The notes: generated by a model not told the origin, from the sequence alone. DNA of 64,000 bases from Polyangiales bacterium (GCA_046351535.1 JAXLYG010000023.1:64001-128000), one strand, 5' to 3'; counted from the first letter of the stretch, positions 1-10,186 are shown. Translations and numbers: made by a program.

Positions 1-486
1 TGCGGCGCCGACACCCTCACGGGCCCCGCGCCGAGCGCTTCACACCACGGAGGCCCCGAGATCGGTGAGGTCGAGTCGTTCCAGGGCTCGCTCGGTCGCT
101 ACACGTTCTCCGCGCCGAACGCGGAGGTGCGCGTCGAGAGCTCGCCCTACGACGCGAACGTGCGCATCGACGCGGTGAGCGTCGCGCCCACCCTCTGGAC
201 GATGATCTCCGTCACGCTCACGGGCCTCGGCGGGCTCGGCAACCGACAGATCGCGCCGGGCGCGCACCTCTCGACGACGCGTCCCGGTGAGGTCACCCTG
301 AGCGCCCTCGGCTGCACGGGAGAGCGCCGCGACGTGTTGAACTTCGACACCACGGCGGACCGCGTCGACGTCGATGTCTTCCACGGCTCGCGGCCCGACC
401 GCATCCGCATGGTGGTCACCGCGTGGTTCACGTATCAGGGGAGATCGCAGGGCGTGCGAGGGGCCTTCGAGTACGACGCGCGCTGA
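1..486 (+). CDS. hypothetical protein, 3' part (5' end outside window)
   Basis: Frame 1 is open from base 1 to the stop at 484-486. High GC3 codon usage, non-repetitive composition. Confidence 0.4.
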   Translation, partial: CGADTLTGPAPSASHHGGPEIGEVESFQGSLGRYTFSAPNAEVRVESSPYDANVRIDAVSVAPTLWTMISVTLTGLGGLGNRQIAPGAHLSTTRPGEVTLSALGCTGERRDVLNFDTTADRVDVDVFHGSRPDRIRMVVTAWFTYQGRSQGVRGAFEYDAR

Positions 487-533
487 GCTCGACGGAGGGC
501 GACGCGCGTCGCACGAAGGGACGCTTCAGGGGG

Positions 534-3500
534 TCAGTTCCAGGTCTCGGCGCCGTGGCAGGCGGGGTCGCAGGTGAGTCGACCCGTGGGGGTGTACGTG
601 CCGCCGCGACGGAGCGAGACCTCCTTGAGCCCGTTCACGTGGAGGTTCAGCCCGATGATGGTGTTCGTCGCGCTGACCACCGTGTTGTGGCACTCGTTGC
701 ACGCGATGTGCTGCGAGATGACGTGACGGCGGTGCTGGCCTGACATCGTCCACGAGGCCGTGGGCGTGGTCGCGTCGTTGTGGCACGACGCGCAGGTGAG
801 CGTCGCGGGCGTTCCCCACACGATGGCGCCGTTCGAGGCCCTGCCGTTGCCGTGGCAGTACGAGCTCGCGCAGCGGCCCGTCGCGAGGTCATAGCTGCCC
901 GTGGGGTTGAGCGAGTCGAAGACCACCTCGGCGCGTCCGTCGCCGTCGATGTGTCCGGCGGAGAGCGCGTTGGCGGGCGTCGTGTGGCAGCGCGTGCAGT
1001 TCCACGCGAGGTGCGTCGCGGTGTTCTGCACGTGCGAGGTGTGAGCGCCGACGGCCAGCGTGGTGCGCGCGGTCTCGTTGCGGATGCCCACGGGCGGCGC
1101 GCCGGTCATGTTGTCGGTGCCGCCGTGACAGAGCGTGCAGCTCGTCTGCCAGCCCGCGGTGTGACACGACGAGCTCGAGCACGAGACGCGCGAGCCTCCG
1201 CCGTCGAGGGCGGCGCCGTGGCACTCCTGGCACTGGGTGATGCCCGTGGTGTTCACCGCGACGCCGTGCGGAGCACCGCGCCAGCCGGTGCTGTGAACGA
1301 GGTTCGACTCGACGATGCCGTTGATGTGCAGCGACGGCGCGGTGAAGACGCGCCCCGGACCGATCACGGCGCTGTGACACACCTCGCAGCGCGTGAGCGC
1401 GTAGTGGGTGCCTCCGGGGGGAAGTCCGTGACACGTCCCGCACGCGACCTGCGTCCCGTCGACGCGCGTCCATGTGGGCGTGGTGACGGTGCCGCCGGGC
1501 TGGAGCGTCGTGCCGTGGCAGTAGGTGTTGGCGCAGGTGGTCCCGTTCCACGCTGGCGTGGCGCGGTCGGCGGCGGCGAGCGTGCCCCAGGTGAGCTCCG
1601 CGGGACGCGCGGTGTCGAGGTGTCCGGGCGCGGTCACGCGCGACGGAACGACGTGGCACTCGGTGCAGTTGATGGGCGCCCTCCACGTCGACGCGTTGAG
1701 GTGGTTGCGATGCGCGCCCACGGAGCGGAGGGTGGTCGCGGTGCCGCCCGAGGTGTCCCTCGGCGGCGCGGGATTTCCAGGGCTCCCGTGACAGGAGTCA
1801 CACGCTGCGGCGGTCACGTCGACGACGCCGTTGATGTGTCGCGCGGCGTTGATGATGACGCGTCCGGGGCCCACCACGTCGCCGTGACACGCCTCGCAGC
1901 GATCGTTCATCGGGTGCGTTCCCCCGGGCGGAAGTCCGTGGCACGTCCCGCACGCGGCCTGCGTCCCGTCGACGCGCGCCCACGTGGGGTTGGTGTTCGT
2001 TCCGCCGGTGAGAAGCGTCGCGCCGTGGCAGTAGGTGTTCGAACACGTCGTGCCGTTCCACACCGGCGTGGCGCGGTCGGTGGTGGCGAGCGTGCCCCAG
2101 GTGAGCTCCGCGGGGCGCGCGGTGTCGAGGTGTCCGGCGGAGGTCACGCGCGACGGAACGAGGTGGCACTCGGTACACGCGATGGGCGCCCTCCACGTCG
2201 ACGCGTTGAGGTGGCTGCGGTGCGCGCCCACGGTGCGAAGGGTGGTCGCGGTGCCGCCCGAGAGGTCCGTCGGAGGCGCAGGGCTTCCACCGCCGCCGTG
2301 ACAGGTCTCGCATCCGGGGAGCGTGACGTTGACCACGCCGTTGATGTGCAGCGAGGGCGCGACGAAGACGCCGCCAGGGCCGATCACGTCGCCGTGACAC
2401 GCCTCGCAGCGGGTGTTCATGGGGTGTGATCCGCCGGGCGGAAGCCCGTGGCACGTCCCGCACGCGGCCTGCGTCCCGTCGACGCGCGCCCACGTGGGCG
2501 CCCTGTTGGTGCCGCCGGGGAGGAGCCCCGCGCCGTGGCAGTAGTTGTTCGTGCAGGTCGTCCCGTTGAACACGGGGGAGACGCCGCGCGTGGTGGCGCG
2601 CGCGCCCCAGGTGAGCTCCGCGGGGAGCGCCGTATCGATGTGCCCCGCGGCGGTCAGCGTCGAGGGGACGGTGTGGCAGTCCACGCACGCGATCCCGGCT
2701 CTCCAGGTCGACGCGTTGAGGTGACTCCGATGCGCGCCGACGCCGCGGAGGGTCGTGGCGGTGCCGCCCGTGGTGTCCCTCGGAGGCGCTGGATTTCCAG
2801 TGCTTCCGTGGCAGGTGTCGCAGGTCGGCGTGGTCACGTCGACGACGCCGTTGATGTGCCGCGCGGGGTTGGTGATGAGCATCCCCGCGCCGACGACGTC
2901 GCCGTGACAGAGCTCGCAGCGCGTCGATGTGGGGTGCGTGCCGCCGGGCGGCAGTCCGTGACAGGTGCCGCACGTCGCCTGCGACCCGTCGACGCGCGCC
3001 CAGATCGGCGTGGTGTTCGAACCGCCGGGGAGCAGCGTCGCGCCGTGGCAGTACGTGTTCGAACACGTCGTTCCGTTCCACACGGGGACGGCGCTGTCGG
3101 TGGTCGCGCGCGCGCCCCACGAGAGCTCCGCGGGCAGGGCCGTGTCGTTGTGTCCGGGCGATGCGACGGACCCGGGCACGAGGTGACAATCCGAGCACTC
3201 GATGGGCGCGCGCCACGTCGACGTGCGCAGGTGGTTGCGATGCGCGCCGACGCCTCGCAGGGTGGTCGCGGTGCCGCCCGTGGTGTCGCGCGGCGGAGAC
3301 GGATCGCCCGCGCCGCCGTGACACCCGTCGCAGCCCGTGATGGCGACCTCGACCTGACCGTTGATGTGAAGCCTCGGGTTCACGAAGACGCGTCCGGGTC
3401 CGATGACCTCGCCGTGACAGGTCTCGCACTGATCGCCGACAGGGTGACGCCCGCCGGGAGGCAGGCCGTGACACGTCCCGCACGCGGCCTGGGAGCCGTC

Positions 3501-4715
3501 GACGCGGGACCACGTGGGCGCGGTGTTCGAACCGCCGGGGAGCAGTCCGCCGCCGTGGCACCAGGTGTTCGTGCAGGTCGTCCCGTTGAAGGTCGGGGTG
3601 ACGCCGCGCGTGGTCGCGAGCGCGCTCCACGTAAGCTCCGCGGGCAGCGCGGTGTCGATGTGGCCCGCCGCGGTGATGCTCGACGGAACCGTGTGGCAGT
3701 CGTTGCACGCGATGTCGCGATGCGTGGTGCTCGGCGCGAGGTGGCTGCGATGGGCGCCGACCCCGCGGAGGGTCGTCGCGGTGCCGCCCGCGGTGTCTCT
3801 CGGAGGCGCGGGATTGCCCGCTCCGCCGTGGCAGACGTCGCAGCCCGAGATGCTGAGGTCGACGTGACCGTTGATGTGGAGCCGCGGGTTCACGAAGGTC
3901 ATGCCGGGTCCGATGACGTCGGCGTGACAGGTCTCGCACTGCATGTTGTTGGGGTGACCGCCGCCGGGCGGGAGTCCGTGACACGTGCCGCAGGTCGCCT
4001 GCGAGGTGCCGTCGGCGTTGGCCCACGTGGGCGTCGTGTTGGTGCCTCCGGGGAGCAGCGTCGCGCCGTGGCAGTACACGTTCGTGCAGCGCGTCCCGTC
4101 GAACGCGGGCATCGCGCCGTCGGAGGTCGCGACGGCGCTCCAGGTGAGCTCCGCGGGCCTCGGCGAGTCGATGTGACCGGGATCGGTGAGGTCGGTGGGG
4201 ACGCGGTGACAGTCGTCGCACTGCACCTCGCGGTGGTTCCTCCCTGCGCGCAGGTGGGCGCGGTGGGCGCCGACGCCACGCGCGGTGGTCACGCGCTCGG
4301 ACATGAGACTCCTCGGCGGCGCGGGGCTCTCGTAGTCGCCGTGGCAGAGCGAGCACTCGCCGGGCGTCGTGTCGACGTCCATCCCCGCTTCGAGCGCTGC
4401 TTCGGGCGCCACGTCGGCGCTCGCGTCCATCTCCGCGTCGAGCACCTCGACGTCCATCGCGGTGACGTCGAGCGCGGTGGCATCTCCGTCGTCTGCGTCC
4501 GCGATCTCCGCGGCGGCGTCGACGAGCTCGTCGCCGGTATCGCTCGCTTGCACATCGTCGCGCGCGCTGTCGACGGCGACGTCGAGCGACGCGGTCACGT
4601 CTTCGCTGCGAACGTCCGCGGCGCTCACGTCGGGGCTCTGAGAGCCGCCCGATCCGGTGTCCGCGCACGACACCAGAAACGCTACCAGGAGCATCAACCA
4701 CGCAGAGCGAGGCAT
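534..4715 (-). CDS. giant multiheme c-type cytochrome lipoprotein with about 7 tandem C-x4-CH...CxxCH modules
   Basis: 1393 aa. N-terminus MPRSAWLMLLVAFLVSC with lipobox LVSC, then an acidic linker. About 30 CxxCH haem-binding motifs (CGTCHG, CETCHG, CDVCHGG, C[ND]DCH...) plus C-x4-CH (CTNVYCHG, CTNTWCHG), recurring in modules of roughly 165 aa that each begin TATTLRGVGAHR[SN]HL. Confidence 0.85.
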   Translation of the reverse strand: MPRSAWLMLLVAFLVSCADTGSGGSQSPDVSAADVRSEDVTASLDVAVDSARDDVQASDTGDELVDAAAEIADADDGDATALDVTAMDVEVLDAEMDASADVAPEAALEAGMDVDTTPGECSLCHGDYESPAPPRSLMSERVTTARGVGAHRAHLRAGRNHREVQCDDCHRVPTDLTDPGHIDSPRPAELTWSAVATSDGAMPAFDGTRCTNVYCHGATLLPGGTNTTPTWANADGTSQATCGTCHGLPPGGGHPNNMQCETCHADVIGPGMTFVNPRLHINGHVDLSISGCDVCHGGAGNPAPPRDTAGGTATTLRGVGAHRSHLAPSTTHRDIACNDCHTVPSSITAAGHIDTALPAELTWSALATTRGVTPTFNGTTCTNTWCHGGGLLPGGSNTAPTWSRVDGSQAACGTCHGLPPGGRHPVGDQCETCHGEVIGPGRVFVNPRLHINGQVEVAITGCDGCHGGAGDPSPPRDTTGGTATTLRGVGAHRNHLRTSTWRAPIECSDCHLVPGSVASPGHNDTALPAELSWGARATTDSAVPVWNGTTCSNTYCHGATLLPGGSNTTPIWARVDGSQATCGTCHGLPPGGTHPTSTRCELCHGDVVGAGMLITNPARHINGVVDVTTPTCDTCHGSTGNPAPPRDTTGGTATTLRGVGAHRSHLNASTWRAGIACVDCHTVPSTLTAAGHIDTALPAELTWGARATTRGVSPVFNGTTCTNNYCHGAGLLPGGTNRAPTWARVDGTQAACGTCHGLPPGGSHPMNTRCEACHGDVIGPGGVFVAPSLHINGVVNVTLPGCETCHGGGGSPAPPTDLSGGTATTLRTVGAHRSHLNASTWRAPIACTECHLVPSRVTSAGHLDTARPAELTWGTLATTDRATPVWNGTTCSNTYCHGATLLTGGTNTNPTWARVDGTQAACGTCHGLPPGGTHPMNDRCEACHGDVVGPGRVIINAARHINGVVDVTAAACDSCHGSPGNPAPPRDTSGGTATTLRSVGAHRNHLNASTWRAPINCTECHVVPSRVTAPGHLDTARPAELTWGTLAAADRATPAWNGTTCANTYCHGTTLQPGGTVTTPTWTRVDGTQVACGTCHGLPPGGTHYALTRCEVCHSAVIGPGRVFTAPSLHINGIVESNLVHSTGWRGAPHGVAVNTTGITQCQECHGAALDGGGSRVSCSSSSCHTAGWQTSCTLCHGGTDNMTGAPPVGIRNETARTTLAVGAHTSHVQNTATHLAWNCTRCHTTPANALSAGHIDGDGRAEVVFDSLNPTGSYDLATGRCASSYCHGNGRASNGAIVWGTPATLTCASCHNDATTPTASWTMSGQHRRHVISQHIACNECHNTVVSATNTIIGLNLHVNGLKEVSLRRGGTYTPTGRLTCDPACHGAETWN
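1265..4265. repeat. about 500-bp tandem DNA repeats (roughly 6-7 copies) encoding the cytochrome haem modules
   Basis: Near-identical peptide blocks recur in the sense frame. Antisense artefact ORFs are also near-identical to each other (1525..1791 and 2035..2301). Confidence 0.8.
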
Positions 4716-5014
4716 GCGTCACCTCCGGCTCACGACGACCGCACGTCGTCACGTCGAGCTTCTGTGACACCTACTCCTCAGCGGAAAACCGGGGCATGAA
4801 TTCTCGCGAAATTCTGCCTGCGTTCCGGGGTGTTGCGCAGCAGTCAGCACACATCCACCAGCGGAGAATGCACAGCGATCGTTTCGCCAGAACGCCGTGC
4901 ATTGAAGCGTTTCCGAGCGTTGTGGCGCCCTGTCCGGATTGACTGTGAGAACGCTTCACAGCGCCGTGTCGCGGGGTCGATTGCCTCGTGGATCGAGCGC
5001 CGCAGCGTGCTCGA

Positions 5015-5794
5015 TCAGCGCGTCTTGCGACGCGGCTTCGCGGGCTCACAGAACATGATCGCGGACCACGTCGCGTCGATCGCGCAGACCTTCGAATCGG
5101 TGCGTCCCATCGCGCGCCCGACCTCGAGCACCACCATCGACGAGAGGTCCGACAGCGCGTCCGACGACTTCTTCCGCCACGCGATCCAGACGGGCGCTTC
5201 GCCCGCGCTGGTGATGATCCGCTCGACGTCGCGTTCGAGGTCCTCCGACGCGCGCACGAACCAGATCACCAGATCGCCGACGCCGCGCTCCCGCAGCTTC
5301 ACGCCCTCGGGGAGCTCGCCGAGCGCGTCTTCGAAGCCCGACGGCGCGTCGAGCATCACCACCGTGGCGCCGGGCTTGATCGCGAGCTTCTTCACGAGCG
5401 GCGTGTTCGAGGTCACCAGCGACTTGGGCACGTGAGGCTTCGCGAGCGGGTTCGCGAGGGTCGAACGCAGCGCGGCCTTCACCTTCGCCCAGGTGGTGTA
5501 GGTCGCGTCGGGGAGGAGCTTCTTCGCGCGCTCGATCTTCTCGGGTTCGCCGTCGACGAAGACGATGGCGACGTTGCGCCCCCACGCAGACTGACGGATC
5601 ACGGCCGCGAGCTGCGTCCCGTTCGACGGCGCGCGTCCGAGGTTGATCACCAGCGCCTCGGGGTCGCCGTCGCGGACGACCTTGATCGACCCGGCGTACG
5701 CGTCGGTCTTCACCGCGTGCCCCGCCGCTCGCAGCGCCTCGGCGCGCGCGTCGACCTCGTCGGCGTTGAAGTTGAGCAGGTGCACTCTCGCCAT
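5015..5794 (-). CDS. hypothetical protein, C-terminal half resembles DUF3052
   Basis: Plausible start MARVHLLNFNADEV at 5794; the longer ORF reaching 5875 would overlap the divergent neighbour. The C-terminal half (KPGATVVMLDAPSGFEDALGELPEGV...VWIAWRKK...KVCAIDATWSAIMF) matches the DUF3052 pattern as I recall it. Confidence 0.5.
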   Translation of the reverse strand: MARVHLLNFNADEVDARAEALRAAGHAVKTDAYAGSIKVVRDGDPEALVINLGRAPSNGTQLAAVIRQSAWGRNVAIVFVDGEPEKIERAKKLLPDATYTTWAKVKAALRSTLANPLAKPHVPKSLVTSNTPLVKKLAIKPGATVVMLDAPSGFEDALGELPEGVKLRERGVGDLVIWFVRASEDLERDVERIITSAGEAPVWIAWRKKSSDALSDLSSMVVLEVGRAMGRTDSKVCAIDATWSAIMFCEPAKPRRKTR

Positions 5795-5873
5795 GACGGA
5801 GCGAGTCGCTAACACACGGCGCAACCCCTCTGCCAGTTCGCGCGCCGCGGCATCCGTGCGACGATCGCCGCCC

Positions 5874-6953
5874 ATGCGCTACGCCCTCCTCTCCGCCGCG
5901 CTCTGCGTCGCGTGCTCCGGCGATCCCGCGGCGGCTCCCTCCGACGCCGCGGTCGACAGGGCCGCCGACGCGCCCGTCGTCGACGTGCCGGGCCCCATGT
6001 GCCCCGCCCCCCTCGGCACGGCGCGCCCGCGCACCGTCGCCCCCACCGCGGGCCCCATGGACGACGCCCTTCGGATGAACCACATCCAGCTCAAGGCGAC
6101 GCACAACAGCTATCACCTGCAGCCCACGCTCGACATCGCAGACTGGCGCTACAGCCACGCGCCGCTCGACGTGCAGCTCGATCAGCAGGGCGTCCGCGGC
6201 GTCGAGCTCGACCTCCACTGGAACATCCCGTGTGAGCGCTTCGAGGTCTATCACCTCGGCACCATCGACGACCTCACGACCTGCCGCGTCTTCACGACGT
6301 GCCTCGAGACGATCCGCGCGTGGAGCGACGCCCACCCCTCGCACCACCCGCTCTTCATCCACCTGGAGCCGAAGGACACCTTCGCCGTGAGCGCCAACGA
6401 GGCGCGCATCGCGTCGATGGAGCGCGAGATCCTGTCGGTGTTTCCGCGCGAGCTGATCGTGACGCCCGACGAGGTGAAGGGCGACGCCGCCACGGTGGCC
6501 GACGCCGTTCGCACGCGGGGATGGCCCACCCTGCGAGCCTCTCGCGGCCGCGTGCTGTTCTACATCGACCGCACCGACGCCTTCCGCGACGCGTACACGC
6601 ACGGCGGCCACGACCTCAACGGGCGCGTGGCCTTCGTCGACTCCGAGATGACCGACCCCTTCGGCGCGATGCTCGTGCTCAACGATCCCTCACGCTCGGC
6701 TGACATCATGGCCGCGGTGCGCGCCAACTTCATCGTGCGGGTGTTCTCGTGGACGGCGCCCGGTCCCGACGACGCCCACACGCCGGCCCTCGCGCTCGCG
6801 ACGGGCGCGCAGATCATCAGCACGGACTTTCCTGCGATGGCGCCCGGCGTGAGCGCGTGGGTCGACATCATGGGCGGCACGCCCTCTCGCTGCGACCCCG
6901 TGAACGCGCCCGCGGGATGCACCTCCGCGGCGATCGAGTCGCTCGCGCGCTGA
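5874..6953 (+). CDS. PI-PLC X-domain-like phosphodiesterase, probable lipoprotein
   Basis: Internal start MRYALLSAALCVACSG (signal/lipobox-like). Motif LKATHNSYH...VELDLHWN is typical of the phosphatidylinositol-specific phospholipase C X domain. Confidence 0.7.
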   Translation: MRYALLSAALCVACSGDPAAAPSDAAVDRAADAPVVDVPGPMCPAPLGTARPRTVAPTAGPMDDALRMNHIQLKATHNSYHLQPTLDIADWRYSHAPLDVQLDQQGVRGVELDLHWNIPCERFEVYHLGTIDDLTTCRVFTTCLETIRAWSDAHPSHHPLFIHLEPKDTFAVSANEARIASMEREILSVFPRELIVTPDEVKGDAATVADAVRTRGWPTLRASRGRVLFYIDRTDAFRDAYTHGGHDLNGRVAFVDSEMTDPFGAMLVLNDPSRSADIMAAVRANFIVRVFSWTAPGPDDAHTPALALATGAQIISTDFPAMAPGVSAWVDIMGGTPSRCDPVNAPAGCTSAAIESLAR

Positions 6954-7002
6954 CCGCGAGGCTTTACCTTCGCGGCGGTGGGCGCCTATAGGTGACGCCG
7001 CC

Positions 7003-7830
7003 ATGCGCAAGCTCAACTACACCCTCGTCGACGTGTTCACCGAGCGGCCCCTCGAAGGCAAGCCCCTCGCGGTCTTCACGCTCACGCAGCCCCTCGCCCC
7101 CGCACACATGCAGCGCATCGCGCGCGAGCTGAACCTCACCGAGACCGCGTTCGTGTGCCCCACGGCCGCGCGCTCGACGGCCTCGCTGCGCGCCTTCACG
7201 CCCTCGCGCGAGGTCCCCTTCGCGAGCCATACGCTCGTCGGGAGCGCGTACGTCATCGGCCGCTCGGCCCCCATCGGGCTGCTCCGCTTCGAAACCGGCA
7301 TCGGCGTTGTGGATGTCATCATCGAGCGCGAGGGCGGCTTCGTCTCGCGCTGCGCGATCACGCAGCCCGTCCCGACCTGGCGCGACGCGGAGGTCGACCC
7401 TGCGCTGCTGCGAGACGCGCTCGGCGTCGAGGTGAAGGGCCCGCTCCGCGAGGGTGACAACGGTCGGAGATTTCTGCTCGTCCCCGTGGCCGACGTCGAC
7501 GCGGTGAAGCCCGAGATGGGGCTGCTCGCGAAGCTCCCGTGGCCCGTGGCCGTGTACGAGCCGCCGCGCGAGCGCGCCGTGCGACAGCGGCTCTTCGCGC
7601 CCTCGGAGGGTGTCGCGGAAGATCCCGTCACGGGCTCGCTCACGGGCGTGGTGGGGCAGCGCCTCCTCCTCGACGGCCTCATCGAAGAGGGAGACCTCGT
7701 CGTCACGCAGGGCGCGCACGTCGGACGGCCCGGTCAGGTGTGGGCGTACATCACCCGCGCGCACGCGCCGAGGATCGGTGGCGCGTGCGCGTCGGTGGCG
7801 CGAGGGACGGTGGAGGTCCCGCTGGGGTAG
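7003..7830 (+). CDS. PhzF family phenazine-biosynthesis-like isomerase
   Basis: MRKLNYTLVDVFTERPLEGKPLAVF is the classic PhzF N-terminus; 275 aa. Confidence 0.8.
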   Translation: MRKLNYTLVDVFTERPLEGKPLAVFTLTQPLAPAHMQRIARELNLTETAFVCPTAARSTASLRAFTPSREVPFASHTLVGSAYVIGRSAPIGLLRFETGIGVVDVIIEREGGFVSRCAITQPVPTWRDAEVDPALLRDALGVEVKGPLREGDNGRRFLLVPVADVDAVKPEMGLLAKLPWPVAVYEPPRERAVRQRLFAPSEGVAEDPVTGSLTGVVGQRLLLDGLIEEGDLVVTQGAHVGRPGQVWAYITRAHAPRIGGACASVARGTVEVPLG

Positions 7831-7840
7831 CGGTGATGGA

Positions 7841-10117
7841 TTACTGCTGCGCGAAGGCGTTCGTCGGCACGGGGAAGCGCCACAGCATGTCGTTCACGGC
7901 GACGCCCGCGCGGTTGACCCTGACGTTCTGCCAGGTCTCGACGCCCGATCCGTCTTCGCTCTGCATCGAGGCCCTGTTCTGGGCGTACTGGTCGATGAGG
8001 TACTGCGAGAGCTCGCCCGCGCGCACGGCGTTGTCGTGGTTGTGATCGGCCTCGCTCACGCCGCGCCGCAGGAAGTACGAGAGATACCCGCCGGCCTGAA
8101 AGCGCTGCGCGACGTTCGAGAGCACGTCCTCCTCGGAGGAGTACATCCCGAAGCGGTTGGGCGCGTCGTTGAAGGCCCGTTCGAAGCCGCCCGAGAAGCA
8201 GCTGTCGAGCGCGAGCATGTTCACGTCGGCGCGGATGTTGTCGAACATCGTCGCCATCTGGTGCGAGTCGATCTCGCCGTCGCGGAGCACGATGCTCTCG
8301 ACGAAGCCGTCGGGGTCCGCGCGGCGGTCGCTCGACGGCCTGCGGTTGCCGTGGCCCGAGTGGAAGAACATGAACACGTCGTTCGGTCCGACGCGCCCTG
8401 CCATCTGCTGAAAGGCCTGCTGCACGGCGCCCGTGGTGGCCTCGGCGTCGGTGAGCACGATGAACTGCGCCGTGCCCGCGAGGTGCGCGTTGAGGTAGGC
8501 CTGCGCGAGCTGACGCGCGTCGTCGGCGCAGCCGAAGAGGTTGCCGCGGCCGCCGTAGTCGGTGATGCCCGTGAAGATGCCGTACATGTTGCCCGCGCCC
8601 TGACGGCCCGCGACGTTGCCCGTGGGGACGCCGTTCTGACCGACGCGCGGCGCCTCGGAGGTGCGCGCGGTGAGCGTGAAGGGCCCCGTCGCGCCCTGGC
8701 GGTACGACGACACCTCGACGCGGTACGTCCCCGCGGCGGGGAGCGTGACCTGGATGGTGCTGTTGGTGTCGGCCTGCGTGGTGTCGTCGTTGTTCCAGCG
8801 CTGGCCGCTCGGGGCGATGAGGGCGAGCGTGGTGTCGAAGGCCGACGACTCGAGGCGCAGGGTGACCATGGCCCCGGCCTGTCCTTCGAGGCGATAGGCG
8901 CGCACGTAGCGCCCGCCCGACGACGGATCACCGGGCGAGAGGTACTCGTTCACGGGCGTGTTGGCCGCGAGCGTTCCGCCTGCGCCCACCTGGGCGTCGG
9001 GCGTCGGGGTGTTGTTGTTGTTGCCCACCACGACCATCCCCTGCCCCGGCTCTCCCGCGGTGACCTGCACCGTGTAGGCGCCCGTCGCGCCAGGCTGGTA
9101 CGAGGTCACCACCACGCGGTAGCGACCGTCGATGGGGGCCGTGAAATCGAGGCGAGAGTTGAGATCGCTCTGCGCGATGTCGTCGTTCTCCATCGCCTCA
9201 CCCGCAGGCGGCACCACGCGGAGGAGCGTGTCGAAGGCCGAGCTCTGGAGCGACACGATCGCGCGCTGTCCGCGGCGCAGCGAGATCTGGTGCTCGCGTT
9301 CGAAGCGTCCCTCACGGTCGCGGTTTCCGTCGGGGCCGAGCGAGCCCTGAAAGGTCTGCGACGCGGGGTTCGTGTTCGCGGGCTGCGGCGCCACGTCGGG
9401 CTGCTCCCCGGGCTGCGGCTGCGCGACTGGAGGCTGTCCGCCGGGGCCCGGAATGGGCTGCATCGAGGGCATTCCGGGCTGCATCCCGGGCTGCATCGGG
9501 ACGGGCTGCATCCCCGGCTGCGTGCCGGGCATGGGCTGCATCGACGGCATTCCGCCGGGCTGCGCGCCGGGCATCGGAATGGGCTGCATCGACGGCATCC
9601 CGGGCTGCGTGCCGGGCATGGGCTGCATCGAGGGCATCCCCGGCTGCGTGCCGGGCATGGGCTGCATCGAGGGCATTCCCCCGGGCTGCGCGCCGGGGGC
9701 GGGAATGGGCTGCATCGAGGGATAGGGCTGCATCCCTGCGCCGGGCATGGGCTGCATGCCGGGCTGCATCGGAACGGGCTGCATCCCCGGCGTCGGCGGG
9801 TTGATGGGGATCATCGTGCCCGCGGGATAGGGATTGTCAGGCTGTCCGTTGGGATACCACTCGGGGCGCACGCGGTTGCGCTCGTCGTCGTCGTTGGTCT
9901 TGTCGGCGGGAGGCTTCACGCGCCCCTCGGTCACGCCGATCGAGAGCGACACGCCCGCGCCTCCAGGCTGCTGCGCGCCGGGACGGAGCGCGTTGGGACC
10001 GGGCTGCACCGCGGGCGTGTTGCGCGGCTGGCGCTGCTCCGAGCGTCGACACGAGAGGCCGTGAGCGGAGAGCACGACGAGCGCGACGACGAGAGGACGA
10101 AGAGGCGTGTGGTTCAT
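7841..10117 (-). CDS. secreted caspase-like (peptidase C14) protein with Pro/Met/Gln-rich repeat region and two PPC-like beta domains
   Basis: Start at 10117 (MNHTPLRPLVVALVVLSAHG, signal peptide) with GAGGAA RBS 7 nt upstream. C-terminal caspase dyad FFHSGHG (His) and DSCFSGG (Cys). Two beta domains resemble the pre-peptidase C-terminal domain (…YRVVVTSYQPGATGAYTVQV; …YRVEVSSYRQGATGPFTLT). Confidence 0.8.
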   Translation of the reverse strand: MNHTPLRPLVVALVVLSAHGLSCRRSEQRQPRNTPAVQPGPNALRPGAQQPGGAGVSLSIGVTEGRVKPPADKTNDDDERNRVRPEWYPNGQPDNPYPAGTMIPINPPTPGMQPVPMQPGMQPMPGAGMQPYPSMQPIPAPGAQPGGMPSMQPMPGTQPGMPSMQPMPGTQPGMPSMQPIPMPGAQPGGMPSMQPMPGTQPGMQPVPMQPGMQPGMPSMQPIPGPGGQPPVAQPQPGEQPDVAPQPANTNPASQTFQGSLGPDGNRDREGRFEREHQISLRRGQRAIVSLQSSAFDTLLRVVPPAGEAMENDDIAQSDLNSRLDFTAPIDGRYRVVVTSYQPGATGAYTVQVTAGEPGQGMVVVGNNNNTPTPDAQVGAGGTLAANTPVNEYLSPGDPSSGGRYVRAYRLEGQAGAMVTLRLESSAFDTTLALIAPSGQRWNNDDTTQADTNSTIQVTLPAAGTYRVEVSSYRQGATGPFTLTARTSEAPRVGQNGVPTGNVAGRQGAGNMYGIFTGITDYGGRGNLFGCADDARQLAQAYLNAHLAGTAQFIVLTDAEATTGAVQQAFQQMAGRVGPNDVFMFFHSGHGNRRPSSDRRADPDGFVESIVLRDGEIDSHQMATMFDNIRADVNMLALDSCFSGGFERAFNDAPNRFGMYSSEEDVLSNVAQRFQAGGYLSYFLRRGVSEADHNHDNAVRAGELSQYLIDQYAQNRASMQSEDGSGVETWQNVRVNRAGVAVNDMLWRFPVPTNAFAQQ
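9372..9800. repeat. degenerate tandem repeats encoding a PGMQP[MV]PG-like low-complexity tract in the caspase gene
   Basis: Repeating ggctgcatc...ccgggc units. The antisense ORF shows the repeat (GCIEGIPGC)n. Confidence 0.7.
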
Positions 10118-10186
10118 GTCGTTTCCTCGGCGCGATGATACGCGACCGGGGAGACGGTGTTGCACGGTGTTTGAGCGGGGTCGCGC

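Noticed and set aside
780-2429. 549-aa + strand ORF antisense to the cytochrome gene (also 1798..4770 -, 2448..4799 +)
   Set aside because: Extremely R/A/G-rich and internally repetitive, mirroring the sense-strand repeats. This is a typical high-GC antisense or alternate-frame artefact; the CxxCH-bearing frame is the real gene.
4716-5014. Possible tRNA/ncRNA in the 300-bp gap downstream of the cytochrome gene
   Set aside because: No cloverleaf-compatible stems or conserved T-loop (GTTCRA) could be found by eye. This is probably a promoter/leader region, but an ncRNA cannot be excluded without a covariance-model search.
5046-6611. 521-aa minus ORF overlapping the PI-PLC-like gene and the DUF3052-like gene
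   Set aside because: R/G/A-rich with no motifs. It overlaps two well-supported genes on both strands.
7610-10138. 842-aa + ORF antisense to the caspase-like gene
   Set aside because: R/G/H-rich low complexity (GLHRG repeats) that reflects the antisense of the PGMQ repeat; the caspase frame has the catalytic motifs and an RBS.
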